Part shown: piece by piece, positions 8,096-16,989 of the stretch | How the letters are laid out: each line of letters begins with the position of its first letter | How positions within the stretch are numbered: the stretch's first letter is position 1 | DNA from: an uncultured Phycisphaeraceae bacterium | GTDB lineage: Bacteria > Planctomycetota > Phycisphaerae > Phycisphaerales > UBA1924 | Length of the DNA stretch: 55,911 nt | NCBI GenBank assembly: GCA_964495635.1 | Contig: CAZBXF010000003.1 | Span: 1 to 55,911 of the forward strand | Direction: 5' to 3' | Program-made: the position numbers and the translations under genes | Notes under the pieces: generated by a model | Database searches by the model: none | Told to the model about the DNA's origin: nothing | Seen by the model: the letters and a program-made list of their open reading frames with translations, nothing else

Positions 8096-10399
8096 TTACC
8101 TTCTTCCGCCGCTGCGTCCCCCTGAGGGTCTGGAGCGCTGGACTCCGCTGCGGCGCGTCTGCTGGGCGGCGGCGCTGTTGCGGGTGCCGCGTTCACGAGC
8201 TGCGGCCTGTTGCTGGAGTTCGGCCGAGCTCGATGCTGATGACGTGGAGGTCGGTCGCGAGGTGGGCTTCGTGGCTGTCGTGTTGGCCGCCTTTGTCGCG
8301 GGGCTGGTGCCCGTCGGGTTGTTGCGGGTCTGCTCCCAGCCGTCGTCACCCTTCTTGTACACGTTTCCGTTCTTGGCGGCGTAGTAATCGCCCTCGCTGT
8401 CCTTCGCGACGGTGGTGCCGTTTCCGTACGCTCGTTGAGACGTCACCATGGCTCCACCCTGGGAAGTCTGGATCGCTCCCACGGTGCCACGCGAGGTCGT
8501 GCTCTGGCCAGCTCGAACCCACTCGTCACCATTGGTGACCGCGGCACGCCCCCAGCTGCCGTACGGACTCGTGCCGCCAGCGCGTGCTCCCGCGACGCCC
8601 GTTGATGGGTTGTACGCGGTGCGGTATCCCGTGGCTCCGGTTGGGCCGTACGCGTAACCAGCTCGCGAGTAGACGCCGGTTGACGGGTTGTACGCCGCGG
8701 CCCGACCTGCGCCGCCGTAGGGCCCGTAGTGGCGCGACGCGGCTACGTAGCCACCGCTCGAGCTGTGCCAGACCGCGCCCGATCCGTACGAGGGCGGATA
8801 GCGATACACCCAGTAGTGATCATCGTCATCGAGCGCCTCCGCAACGACAAGTCCCAGCCCGAACATCACAACCCCGGTGGCTGCCACGCTGGCGCCGCTG
8901 TAGCCAGAGGTGTAGCCCGTGGTGACGGTGGTCGGTGTCGATTCATAGACGGTCACATATGTTACATTGTACTTCGGACTGGTGGGCGGGATCGTGTAGA
9001 TCGCCTTCGGGACTTCGCTCGTCACGGTCCAGGCTCCCGTCGGAGTCGGCGCCTCGAACCAGACCGCGTTGTTGCACGCGTAGTACTTGCCGTCAACGAG
9101 GAAGACGCTGAAGGGCGTGTTGTACGCGTACTGCACCGTCGTTGACTCGATGGGCCTGAAGGCGGGTGTTCCGTCGTAGGTCACGTTCAGCGTGGCCTCA
9201 GAACGGTTGATGGTGGCCTTCTCCGGGATCGAGGCCATGACCACCGCTTCCTTCGCGGCCGCTGTGCCGGGAACCGCGACGAGCACGTCGGCCGCGGCTG
9301 AGTCTTCCGGGATCTTCTTGAAGTCTTCGGGGAGGGAGTTGCTCGCGGCTGACCAGGGTCCGCCAAAGTCACTGGCCTTGAACCAGCGGCCCGCCGCGAG
9401 GAGATAGAACTGCTTCTGGACAGGCTCGTAGAAGAGATCGTCTTCGGTGTTGGCCACCATCATGATGCTGGTGCCGGAGATGGGCTCAAACTCGGGCTCG
9501 CCCTGCGTGACCACGAGCTCGGCAGGCTGGTAGACGACATGGACCGCGGGCACCTGCGTGAGTGGAGTGCCCGGGATCGCCGCGAGCACGTCGCTCCAGT
9601 TCTCATCGGGTGGGAGCTTGGAGAGAGACTCGGGCAGCGTCGAGGCGGCAGTCCACGGGCCCTTGTCGAGATCGGCGGTGACGAGCCACGACTCGCCATT
9701 TCGCATGTAGAACTTCTTCGCCGCCGGGTCCTGAAAGATGTCCCAGTTCGTGTTGATCGCAAAGAGCAGATCGCTCTGGGGGACGGGCTTGAACCTGGGC
9801 TTGCCCATGAAGATCACCATGATCGCGGGCGACTGGCTGGTGATGATGGTCGGCGGCTCGATATTGAGCTCGACCTTGCGGACCGGAACCTGGCTGGGGT
9901 CCACCGCGGCAATCAGCCGATCGAGCGAGACCGACTGCGGCTTTGAGGGCGGCATCGCGGCGTCGACGATGGCTCTCAACCGCGCGGACTCGTCGGGCTC
10001 CACGCCGGGGAACGACACTTCCTGGACCTGGCGGTCTGTCAGGATCACGAGGCGCTCTTCAACTGAGATCTTCGTCGCGGCACTCACCCGGATGATCCCG
10101 AAGACCCGATCTTCGGATCCCTTGGAGGCTACCGAGATGGCCGAGCGGAACGTGATGCGGTCAAAGTTGGGCCACTCGTCGACCTGCGGCGCGTAGACCG
10201 TGATTCGATTTCCGTCGGATTCGAACTGGCGTGGCCAGCCCCGATCCTGCGCGTCAGACTCGGTCGAGGCCGGCGAAGAGACCGGCTGAGACGGCGGCTT
10301 CGGCTGCGAGTCCGGCTGCGCCATCGGCGCCGCCAGCGTCGTCACGCCAAGCCACGTGCAGGACGTGAACGCACACGCGATTGAAGCCAGGCGCACCAT
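8096..10399 (-). CDS. hypothetical single-pass membrane/secreted protein with three internal repeats and a Gly/Tyr/Ser-rich C-terminal tail
   Basis: The ATG at 10399 gives the signal-like start MVRLASIACAFTSCTWLGVTTLAAPMAQ. Three copies of an [FY]Y...W[FL]..A....GPW[ST].A repeat are present (KFYMRNGESWLVTADLDKGPWTAAS, QFYLLAAGRWFKASDFGGPWSAAS, KYYACNNAVWFEAPTPTGAWTVTS). These are followed by a hydrophobic helix (VAATGVVMFGLGLVVAEAL) and then a low-complexity tail containing AYNPSTGV twice. Confidence 0.7.
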   Translation of the reverse strand: MVRLASIACAFTSCTWLGVTTLAAPMAQPDSQPKPPSQPVSSPASTESDAQDRGWPRQFESDGNRITVYAPQVDEWPNFDRITFRSAISVASKGSEDRVFGIIRVSAATKISVEERLVILTDRQVQEVSFPGVEPDESARLRAIVDAAMPPSKPQSVSLDRLIAAVDPSQVPVRKVELNIEPPTIITSQSPAIMVIFMGKPRFKPVPQSDLLFAINTNWDIFQDPAAKKFYMRNGESWLVTADLDKGPWTAASTLPESLSKLPPDENWSDVLAAIPGTPLTQVPAVHVVYQPAELVVTQGEPEFEPISGTSIMMVANTEDDLFYEPVQKQFYLLAAGRWFKASDFGGPWSAASNSLPEDFKKIPEDSAAADVLVAVPGTAAAKEAVVMASIPEKATINRSEATLNVTYDGTPAFRPIESTTVQYAYNTPFSVFLVDGKYYACNNAVWFEAPTPTGAWTVTSEVPKAIYTIPPTSPKYNVTYVTVYESTPTTVTTGYTSGYSGASVAATGVVMFGLGLVVAEALDDDDHYWVYRYPPSYGSGAVWHSSSGGYVAASRHYGPYGGAGRAAAYNPSTGVYSRAGYAYGPTGATGYRTAYNPSTGVAGARAGGTSPYGSWGRAAVTNGDEWVRAGQSTTSRGTVGAIQTSQGGAMVTSQRAYGNGTTVAKDSEGDYYAAKNGNVYKKGDDGWEQTRNNPTGTSPATKAANTTATKPTSRPTSTSSASSSAELQQQAAARERGTRNSAAAQQTRRSGVQRSRPSGGRSGGRR

Positions 10400-10566
10400 G
10401 TATAGCTCTCTCTGTTCAGAGGAGGAAGGCGGACACGAACGCAGTGTACCGCGAGAGCGTTCCGGTGTGGGCCAGCACGGAGGACCCTCAGAGGCACCAA
10501 TCAAGCGCAACGCCCTTCGGGCGGCCTACTCCCCTTCCCCACTGCTGATCACACGCGCCCAGCACA

Positions 10567-10612
10567 CAAAAAAGAAAAAACCCGGCGCTCAGAAACAGAG
10601 CCGAACGCCGGG
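10567..10612 (-). terminator. Rho-independent terminator candidate downstream of the UDG gene
   Basis: On the minus strand, CCCGGCG (18-nt loop with an inner CTC/GAG pairing) CGCCGGG is followed by TTTTTTCTTTTTT. This A/T run is striking in GC-rich DNA. Confidence 0.55.
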
Positions 10613-10766
10613 TCTCGTGGGGGTCAGAATTTCGATGCGAGGCTGAACCTCTTCTCTCAATGATTCGCTGGTTCCAGGCTCGCGGTTCCATTCTGGGGCT
10701 GATCTGGGACGATTTTTTTGCGGATCCGGCGGAAAGGCCGTAAATCCCGTATTCCCAGCCGCTTAT

Positions 10767-11642
10767 TCAACCGGACAGGGCCCTGTCGGCGGCCTTCTTG
10801 ATGTCAGACCAGACCTGGCCCCGCACCTCGGGCGTGTAGTTCCGCAGGACGTAGGCCGGGTGGAAGGTCGGCATGACCGGGACCTTGGTGCCATCGGGCA
10901 GCGCCACCTCCCGCCAGGAGCCCCGGGCCCGCGTGATGGACTCATCGGTGCGAAGCAGGGCCTTGAGCGCGGATGCACCCAGCACAACGATCGCCTTGGG
11001 GGCGATGATGGCGAGCTGGCTCAGGAGGTAGGGCAGGCAGGCCTCGATCTCGCGGTCGGTCGGCTTGGCGTTGTCAGGGGGGCGGGTCTTGAGTGTGTTG
11101 CAGATGTAGACGTCCTCGCGTCTGAGGCCGAGGGCGACGATCGCCTTGTTGAGCAGCTCTCCACTGCGTCCGACGAAGGGGATTCCCTGACGATCTTCTT
11201 CCTCACCCGGAGCTTCGCCGACGAAGACGAGACGCGCATGCGGATCACCATCACCCCAGACGATCCTGGTATGGGCTGTGACGAAGTTCTTGTGGGGAGC
11301 CTCCCGCTCGTAGCGCAGGCGGAGTTCCTCGAGCCGTTTTCCCTTCTCGGCGCGAAGGGCTTCGAGTCCGAGTGCCGGGGCGGTCGGTGTGACGCGGACG
11401 GGGGTGTTCACAGAGGCCGCGGGTGAGGCGGGTGACGAGGGCGCGCGTACTGCCGCGGGCCGGTGCGTGGCGGCTTCGTTCTCCGGCGGCTGCTGGGGCA
11501 GTGAGGCTGGGGCAGACTGCCGCACCTCTGGGGTGATCGGCTCGCTGCCCGCGCGGCGATATCGAGGGACAAAGTCGACGCCCAAGAGTCTGGCGGTCTC
11601 AGCGTGCTGACGGACCTTCTGCTTCAGTTCGACCTCGTCCAT
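10767..11642 (-). CDS. uracil-DNA glycosylase, family 4
   Basis: Motif A LVFVGEAPGEEEDRQGIPFVGRSGELL and motif B FHPAYVLRN. The ATG at 11642 (MDEVELKQK...) precedes an Ala/Pro-rich linker. The longer track ORF to 12032 has a Pro/Arg-rich extension that overlaps another ORF and looks non-coding. Confidence 0.9.
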   Translation of the reverse strand: MDEVELKQKVRQHAETARLLGVDFVPRYRRAGSEPITPEVRQSAPASLPQQPPENEAATHRPAAVRAPSSPASPAASVNTPVRVTPTAPALGLEALRAEKGKRLEELRLRYEREAPHKNFVTAHTRIVWGDGDPHARLVFVGEAPGEEEDRQGIPFVGRSGELLNKAIVALGLRREDVYICNTLKTRPPDNAKPTDREIEACLPYLLSQLAIIAPKAIVVLGASALKALLRTDESITRARGSWREVALPDGTKVPVMPTFHPAYVLRNYTPEVRGQVWSDIKKAADRALSG

Positions 11643-11757
11643 GCGCCAACGGTACGAGACCTGGTGCGGCGATGCGGAGGTCGGGATCGTCGGAGATGTC
11701 AGGACATGCCGGGACATGACCGGACATGACCGGACAGCCCGTGACGCGCACTCGCGT

Positions 11758-12123
11758 TCAGCGTCCCGGGGCGGGGGCCGGCGCGGGCTCCGCGGGTTTG
11801 GTTTCAGAGGGCTTGGGCTCGGTGGGTGTGGGCTCGGTGGGGGCTGGCTCGGTCGGGGCCGGGCTGCCTGCGTCCGGCGCCGGGGCGGCGGGCGCGGGAT
11901 CGGTCTCGGGCTGGGCCGTGGTGCCCGGGCGCGGATCACGCGCCTGGGCCGCCTGACCAGCGGGGCGCTGCGAGGCATTCGCGGCCTGCGGTGCGCCGTC
12001 GAAGATGACAGGGACAAGGACCGCACCGGCAAAGCCGCCGACGATCAGCCCGATGACGAGACCGGGGATGAAGGCCCCGACAAACGAACCACCCTTACCG
12101 GACGAACCAACACCATCTGCCAT
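11758..12123 (-). CDS. small membrane protein with a Pro-rich tail (TEP[AT]P tandem repeats)
   Basis: ATG at 12123 with GGAG upstream. Has a Gly-rich hydrophobic helix (FVGAFIPGLVIGLIVGGFAGAVLVPVIF) followed by ...APTEPAPTEPTPTEPKPSETKPAEPAPAPAPG. No family recognised. Confidence 0.45.
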   Translation of the reverse strand: MADGVGSSGKGGSFVGAFIPGLVIGLIVGGFAGAVLVPVIFDGAPQAANASQRPAGQAAQARDPRPGTTAQPETDPAPAAPAPDAGSPAPTEPAPTEPTPTEPKPSETKPAEPAPAPAPGR

Positions 12124-12236
12124 GGCCGAACTCCTGGAGGGAAGGGGAGTCTAGCGGACTCCCGGCCGGTGGATATCGGTCCGCCGCAGACTTCACATTT
12201 GCCCGGTTTGGAATCGGGCGGCGGGAAGGAGGCCGG

Positions 12237-12497
12237 TCAGGGCCGACGGATGCGCCGCATCCAGATGCCATACTCGATCACGCTGGCGTAGAGCTCGGCG
12301 CGGCTGGCCGGATAGCCCCGACCGAACGCGGTGTGAAGGCGCCAGGTCCAGTATGGCCCGCGGAAGCGGAAACGGGTGATCAGCGCGAGGCGGGCGAGCT
12401 CAAACAGTCCGCCGGGCACGTCGCGAAGGCGGAAGGAGTGACTGAGCCGCTGCGAACCGGGGAGCTTCGAGCCGGCACCGGAGGGGGCGATGGCCAT
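12237..12497 (-). CDS. small basic hypothetical protein, translationally coupled to the upstream epimerase gene
   Basis: The ATG at 12497 lies 3 nt after the epimerase stop (TGA at 12503..12501). The 86-aa product is Arg/Trp-rich with no recognised family. Support is positional only. Confidence 0.4.
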   Translation of the reverse strand: MAIAPSGAGSKLPGSQRLSHSFRLRDVPGGLFELARLALITRFRFRGPYWTWRLHTAFGRGYPASRAELYASVIEYGIWMRRIRRP

Positions 12498-12500
12498 GGA

Positions 12501-13517
12501 TCAGGCATCCTTCCCGGCGAGGACGCGGCGACTCCAGTCCACTGTCTCGGCGAGACCTTCGGAGAGCGACGCGATGGGCTCGTAGCCGATCAGGGCCTTG
12601 GCGGCGGCGATATCGGCCTGGGAATGACGCACGTCGCCGGGGCGGGCTGGCTTGAAGATGGGCTGGATGTGGGGAACGCCGCACGCCTCCGCGAGGGTGG
12701 TGGCGAGTTCGAGGATGCTGGTGCGGCGACCGGCACCGATGTTCACGACCTGGCCCGAGAGCTTGGCCGTCGAGGCTCCGCCGAAGAGAAGCGCCAGCAC
12801 CGCATTGGAGACGAAGGTGAAGTCGCGGGTTGCGGCACCATCGCCATAGATGACCGGTGGTTCCTGATTCAGGTAGGCACGAATGAAGGCAGGGACGACG
12901 CCCGCGTAGGCGCTATCGCCCGGCTGGCGAGGCCCGAAGATGTTGAAGAAACGCAGCGCCAGCGTTGAAACCCCATAGGTCTGCGACCAGGACGTGCAGA
13001 GGTGCTCGCCGGAGAGTTTGCTCGCGGCGTAGGGGGAGATCACGCGGGGCAGATGTGTCTCGATGCGGGGAAGCTCGCTGGCATCGCCGTACGCGGAGGA
13101 TGAGGCGGCGTAGACCACGCGTGAGGCGTTCACGGCCCGGGCCATCTCGAGGACGCGGAGCGTGCCGGTGGCATTGACCGACCAGGCCCGCTGGGGCTGC
13201 TCGATCGAGCGCGGGACCGAGCCCATCGCCGCGAGGTGAAAGACGATCTGCGCATCCTTCCCCGCGACCCTGAGGGCGTCGTCGTCCAGGATAGAGCCAT
13301 GGACGAAACGCACACGCTCGGGATCCATCTCGATCAGCGACGAGAGGTGCTCAAGGCCTGAGTTGGAAAGATCATCGATGACAGTGACGACAGCACCGAC
13401 GCCGAAGAGGGCGTCCACGAGGTGGCCGCCGATGAAGCCAGCACCGCCTGTGACCAGCACGGGGCGTCCCTCGTAGAAGGAGCGGAGGCGGCTGACTTTG
13501 TCGGCAGGGAGCTTCAT
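12501..13517 (-). CDS. NAD-dependent epimerase/dehydratase (extended SDR; UDP-sugar epimerase/decarboxylase-like)
   Basis: Rossmann motif VLVTGGAGFIGGHLVDAL, the VVYAASSSAYGD segment and the catalytic YAASK (YxxxK). ATG at 13517 (MKLPADKV...). The upstream part of the track ORF is Arg/Pro-rich. Confidence 0.9.
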   Translation of the reverse strand: MKLPADKVSRLRSFYEGRPVLVTGGAGFIGGHLVDALFGVGAVVTVIDDLSNSGLEHLSSLIEMDPERVRFVHGSILDDDALRVAGKDAQIVFHLAAMGSVPRSIEQPQRAWSVNATGTLRVLEMARAVNASRVVYAASSSAYGDASELPRIETHLPRVISPYAASKLSGEHLCTSWSQTYGVSTLALRFFNIFGPRQPGDSAYAGVVPAFIRAYLNQEPPVIYGDGAATRDFTFVSNAVLALLFGGASTAKLSGQVVNIGAGRRTSILELATTLAEACGVPHIQPIFKPARPGDVRHSQADIAAAKALIGYEPIASLSEGLAETVDWSRRVLAGKDA

Positions 13518-13604
13518 GAAGTGACAACATGGTACCGCGGGCGGGGCCGGAACGCGATGGGGCTCTCTGGAACGCGGATCGGACGAAATTCGCCCCCGGG
13601 TTGG

Positions 13605-13644
13605 AAGCCAAAAGGAAAGGCCGCCCGCTTTCGCGGGCGGCCTT
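13605..13644 (-). terminator. Rho-independent terminator downstream of the 13747..16617 gene
   Basis: A perfect 12-bp stem AAGGCCGCCCGC / GCGGGCGGCCTT (13617..13628 and 13633..13644) with a 4-nt loop. On the minus strand it is followed by TCCTTTTGG. Confidence 0.65.
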
Positions 13645-13746
13645 GGGAGGATTCGGTTCCGTTTCCACGACTCTCTCGTCAAAGTCCGAGATGGTCGTTG
13701 CACTCAGGAGAGCGTGCCGGAGACCGGCACACCACCCAAGAAGGGC

Positions 13747-13938
13747 TTAGAGGGCGCAGGAACCGGTGACGACGAACTGGGCGAGGATCTGGGCGTCGGT
13801 CAGGTCGGCGTTCTCGTCGCCGTTGAGGTCGCCGTCGAGCCAGTTGGCCTCGGGGGTGACAAGACCGACGAAGACCTGGGCCATGAGCTGGGCGTCGGTC
13901 AGGTCGACGTTCTCGTCCTGGTTGAAGTCGTAGTTGCA
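13747..13938 (-). repeat. copy A of the dispersed 192-nt coding repeat (63-aa C-terminal dockerin-like module + stop)
   Basis: Encodes CNYDFNQDENVDLTDAQLMAQVFVGLVTPEANWLDGDLNGDENADLTDAQILAQFVVTGSCAL*. Aligns without gaps to the six other copies. Confidence 0.9.
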
Positions 13939-16617
13939 GGGCGAGGGGCAGATGATGTCCAGGTCGGCCTGGGTGATCTGGCCGTTGCCGTCGACATCGC
14001 CGCGAGCCCAGCCGCCGGCGGTGCCGAGGTTGGCGGTGGCGATGGTGCAGTCGGCATCGTTGCGAACGCCGTCGAGGTTGACGTCGCCGAAGACGGTGCC
14101 GAGGATGCCGGTGACGAGCTCGGTCACGTCGGCCTGGTTGATGACGAGGTCGCCGGTGATGTCGGCCGAGAGGTCGGCGCCGACGGCCTCGGCGGTCACG
14201 TTCCAGTTCAGCGCGCCATCGGTGACGTTGGCGTTGCGGAGGAACTGCTTGGTGACGTAGTCGATGTCGGCGGCGTTGATGGTGTTGGCATCGGTGATCG
14301 ACGCGCCGGGGCCGCCGGTAGCGCCGATGGGAGCAAAGCCGGGGGTGATGTTGCCGGCGGTGTTGGCGACGTCGCCACGGGCATCACCAGCAACGTACGC
14401 GTTGCCGGTGGCCTTGGTGGTGCCGAAGAAGTTGGTGTTGCCGGTGAGCGTGGCCCAGGCGTTGTCGACGGCGATGAAGCCAGCCTTGCGGTTGAGCTGG
14501 CCGCCGGCGGGACCGCCGTTGCCGGTCATCGCGAGGCCGTCGGCGAAGTAGCGGACGTCCTCGGCGTTGAAGCTGCCATCGCCGTTGAAGTCGCCGAGGA
14601 CTTCGATGATGGCGTCGGTGCCGGGAGCGCCGGCGATGGTGCCGGTGCCGGCGGGCGGGTTCCAGTTGAAGGTCGACTCGCCGACCTGGCGCTGGCGGAA
14701 GGCCTTCATCATCTCGGTGGTGTCGGAGATGTTGCGGAGGCCGTTGCCGTCGAAGTCGCCGGCGGTGAGGTTGCGGAGGGTGAGGTTGCCGCCGTAGGAG
14801 ACGGTCGCGCCACCCTCGCTGATGTAGTTCGCGCCGTTGGCAACGCCGTCGGAGTAGACGGTGCCGGTGGCGCGGGTGGGGACGCCGCCGCCGACGTTGG
14901 CGGGGTTGAACTGGAGGAAGCGGGCGTTGTTGAGGACCGAGACGTTACGGACGGCGGTGCGGAGGTCGTTGTTGAAGGAGGGGTTGTTCACCATGTTGGT
15001 CGGGACCAGAGCACCATGGAGGTAGGGCTGGGCGCTGGTCAGGATGAAGACGGTCGCGGCGAGCTCACCGGGCATGAAGAGGGCGCCGGTCGCGTTGGGG
15101 TCGCTGATGTAGGCGGCGATGGAGCGGGTGATGTTGTTCAGGTACGCGGCCGCGGCGGGGTTGGCCATGCGCGGGTTGGTGTTGCCAGGATCGCCACCGA
15201 TCTCGGCCTGGTTGCGCGGGTCGCCGTAGGTGGCGAAGACCGCGGGACCACCGATCACATAGCCCTCAACGATGGGGGTCGTGGTGCCGGAGTTGCTCAG
15301 GTAGAGAACGTCGTCGATGAAGGGACGGCTGTAGGGGGCGGTGGCGCCGCCGGGGTAGGTGTCGGGCTGGATCGCGAGGATCTCGACACGGTTGCCGGAG
15401 AGCCAGGTGCCGGGAGCGGAGCCCTGCACGCCGCGCTCGGCGCCGGCGTATCCGATCGCGAGGCGGTGGTTGCGGACGGCGCGCTCCATCGCGGAGTTGC
15501 CACCCTTGTTGGAGGGGAGGAAGTTAGCGCCGAGGTTGTCGTTGGTCGCGGTGTTGTTCTGAGCGCCGACGTTCTCGCCGTTGCCGAAGGAGGGATCGAT
15601 GCCCTGGGTGTTGTTGAAGGCGTTGCGCGTGCCCGAGCCGACGTCGCGCGTGATCGCCATGATGTTCTCGCCGTTGTTCATGCGGCCCGTGATGAAGAGG
15701 TGGTTGATCTCGGTCATCTTGGCCTGCGAGTAGCCCGTGCCGTAGTTGGTGATGGCGGCGATGGGCGCGAAGGCGAAGGGCGTGTCGAAGATCGTGTCGC
15801 TGTTGGCGTTGGCGGGGATGCCGTCGTAGAGGTTGGCCGCGCCGCCGATCGAGCGGGGCGGATCCTGACGGACCAGCGTCGAAAGGACGCTCGTGCGGCC
15901 GGCGCCGGAGGTGCCGCCGGTCTTGTTCACCGAAACGACGGGGTTGCGGCCGTAGCCAGCCTGGAGGGGCGTGCGGATGGCGGAGGGGGTGCCGGCGGTG
16001 CCCTGGGTGGCCCAGGTGGTTGCGACGTCGAGCGGGGAGATGTCGATGCGGATGCCGCCGCCAGCGGGCGTGGGGCTCGCGGCGTAGAGGGCGCGGAGCG
16101 TCGTGGTGTTGCTCGTGACGGGGGCCGCGCCGGGGTTACCAGGGTTCGCGGGGCCCGTGAGAGGGTTGTTGGTCAGGTTGCCGTCGATGTAGCGGATGCT
16201 GTTGTAGAAGGCGAGGGTCGCGCCGGCGTTGCCGAGGGCGGCGATGCGGCGATTGGGGTCGGACTCACCCTCGGTCACGAAGACCTTGCCGTACTGGATC
16301 AGCTCGTTGAAGCCGTTGACGGAGCCCACGACGCGGTACTGGCTGGCCCAGATGTACAGTGGGTCGGAGCTCCAGCCCGGGGGAGCGACCTGCGGGGCGA
16401 GAGCCTGCACGCTCAGCACGGCGCCGCTGTTGAAGCGACCGGCGAGGCCATCGCCGTTCACGTCGATGAAGTCGTGGGCGGATGCGGGGCGGTTCAGGAA
16501 GTTCTCAAGGAGGGTGGCGCCCGAGATGTTGATGACGGAGGGCTGGGCAGCCGCGACACCGACGCAGGCGACCGAACCGGCCGCGGCAACGAGCATGGAC
16601 AGACGGGTGAGCTTCAT
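13747..16617 (-). CDS. secreted PstS-like (type-2 periplasmic-binding fold) protein with internal dockerin-type repeats and the shared C-terminal Cys-bracketed module
   Basis: ATG at 16617 (GGGAGA upstream) gives the signal MKLTRLSMLVAAAGSVACVGVAAAQPS. PstS-family-like segments are INISGATLLENFL and ITRDVGSGTRNAFNN. Dockerin/EF-hand loops are GDFDGNGLRNISD, GDFNGDGSFNAEDV, GDVNLDGVRNDAD and GDVDGNGQITQADL. It ends in CNYDFNQDENVDLTDAQ...GDLNGDENADLTDAQILAQFVVTGSCAL. Confidence 0.85.
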   Translation of the reverse strand: MKLTRLSMLVAAAGSVACVGVAAAQPSVINISGATLLENFLNRPASAHDFIDVNGDGLAGRFNSGAVLSVQALAPQVAPPGWSSDPLYIWASQYRVVGSVNGFNELIQYGKVFVTEGESDPNRRIAALGNAGATLAFYNSIRYIDGNLTNNPLTGPANPGNPGAAPVTSNTTTLRALYAASPTPAGGGIRIDISPLDVATTWATQGTAGTPSAIRTPLQAGYGRNPVVSVNKTGGTSGAGRTSVLSTLVRQDPPRSIGGAANLYDGIPANANSDTIFDTPFAFAPIAAITNYGTGYSQAKMTEINHLFITGRMNNGENIMAITRDVGSGTRNAFNNTQGIDPSFGNGENVGAQNNTATNDNLGANFLPSNKGGNSAMERAVRNHRLAIGYAGAERGVQGSAPGTWLSGNRVEILAIQPDTYPGGATAPYSRPFIDDVLYLSNSGTTTPIVEGYVIGGPAVFATYGDPRNQAEIGGDPGNTNPRMANPAAAAYLNNITRSIAAYISDPNATGALFMPGELAATVFILTSAQPYLHGALVPTNMVNNPSFNNDLRTAVRNVSVLNNARFLQFNPANVGGGVPTRATGTVYSDGVANGANYISEGGATVSYGGNLTLRNLTAGDFDGNGLRNISDTTEMMKAFRQRQVGESTFNWNPPAGTGTIAGAPGTDAIIEVLGDFNGDGSFNAEDVRYFADGLAMTGNGGPAGGQLNRKAGFIAVDNAWATLTGNTNFFGTTKATGNAYVAGDARGDVANTAGNITPGFAPIGATGGPGASITDANTINAADIDYVTKQFLRNANVTDGALNWNVTAEAVGADLSADITGDLVINQADVTELVTGILGTVFGDVNLDGVRNDADCTIATANLGTAGGWARGDVDGNGQITQADLDIICPSPCNYDFNQDENVDLTDAQLMAQVFVGLVTPEANWLDGDLNGDENADLTDAQILAQFVVTGSCAL

Positions 16618-16662
16618 GATCATCTCCCTATAGCTGGACACTGGACGAGCAACACATCTACT

Positions 16663-16712
16663 GGTGACACGGAGCGACACGGGTGACACGGAGTCGGTGC
16701 GCACACACGGAC
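16663..16712. promoter_or_regulatory. phased GACACGG repeat array in the leader/promoter of the 13747..16617 gene
   Basis: GGTGACACGGAG at 16663..16674 and 16682..16693. GACACGG cores start at 16666, 16676 and 16685 (about 10-bp phasing), with a degenerate CACACGG near 16704. The array lies 46-95 nt upstream of the ATG at 16617. Confidence 0.3.
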
Positions 16713-16989
16713 TCAGTTCCCCAGACACCGGGACTCTCTCAATCCCGGAAACGACCGAGCGGGCAACGCGCCAGCGACCACGGATTCAGCGACACACGGA
16801 GTAAAGACCTTCCGCGCTCCGCCTCTGCAAAGAGGCGGCTCAGAGTTTGTGAAACCTGCGTGAGTGGCCGAGTCCTGGCCTTGCCCAAACCACCAACGAT
16901 CGCCTCGGGGACACTCGCGCCCACGGGGCTGCAGCGCTCGGGCCTTGCGCTGCTGTAGCAGACGATCACTGGAGACTGGCCGAGAAACG

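Noticed and set aside
10767-12032. Long N-terminal extensions of track ORFs. Examples: UDG to 12032, epimerase to 13703, permease to 51567, yhhQ from 40623, and 4552, 6004, 25471, 32343
   Set aside because: The extensions are Arg/Pro-rich, overlap neighbouring genes or intergenic promoters, and have internal ATG starts with better context (a signal peptide or domain start, often an SD-like motif). The shorter models were therefore used.
13714-16686. 990-aa plus-strand ORF, the longest plus-strand ORF in this region
   Set aside because: It is entirely antisense to the well-supported 13747..16617 gene. The product is a Gly/Ala/Val/Asp/Arg low-complexity string with no motifs. This is the typical mirror ORF of high-GC coding DNA.
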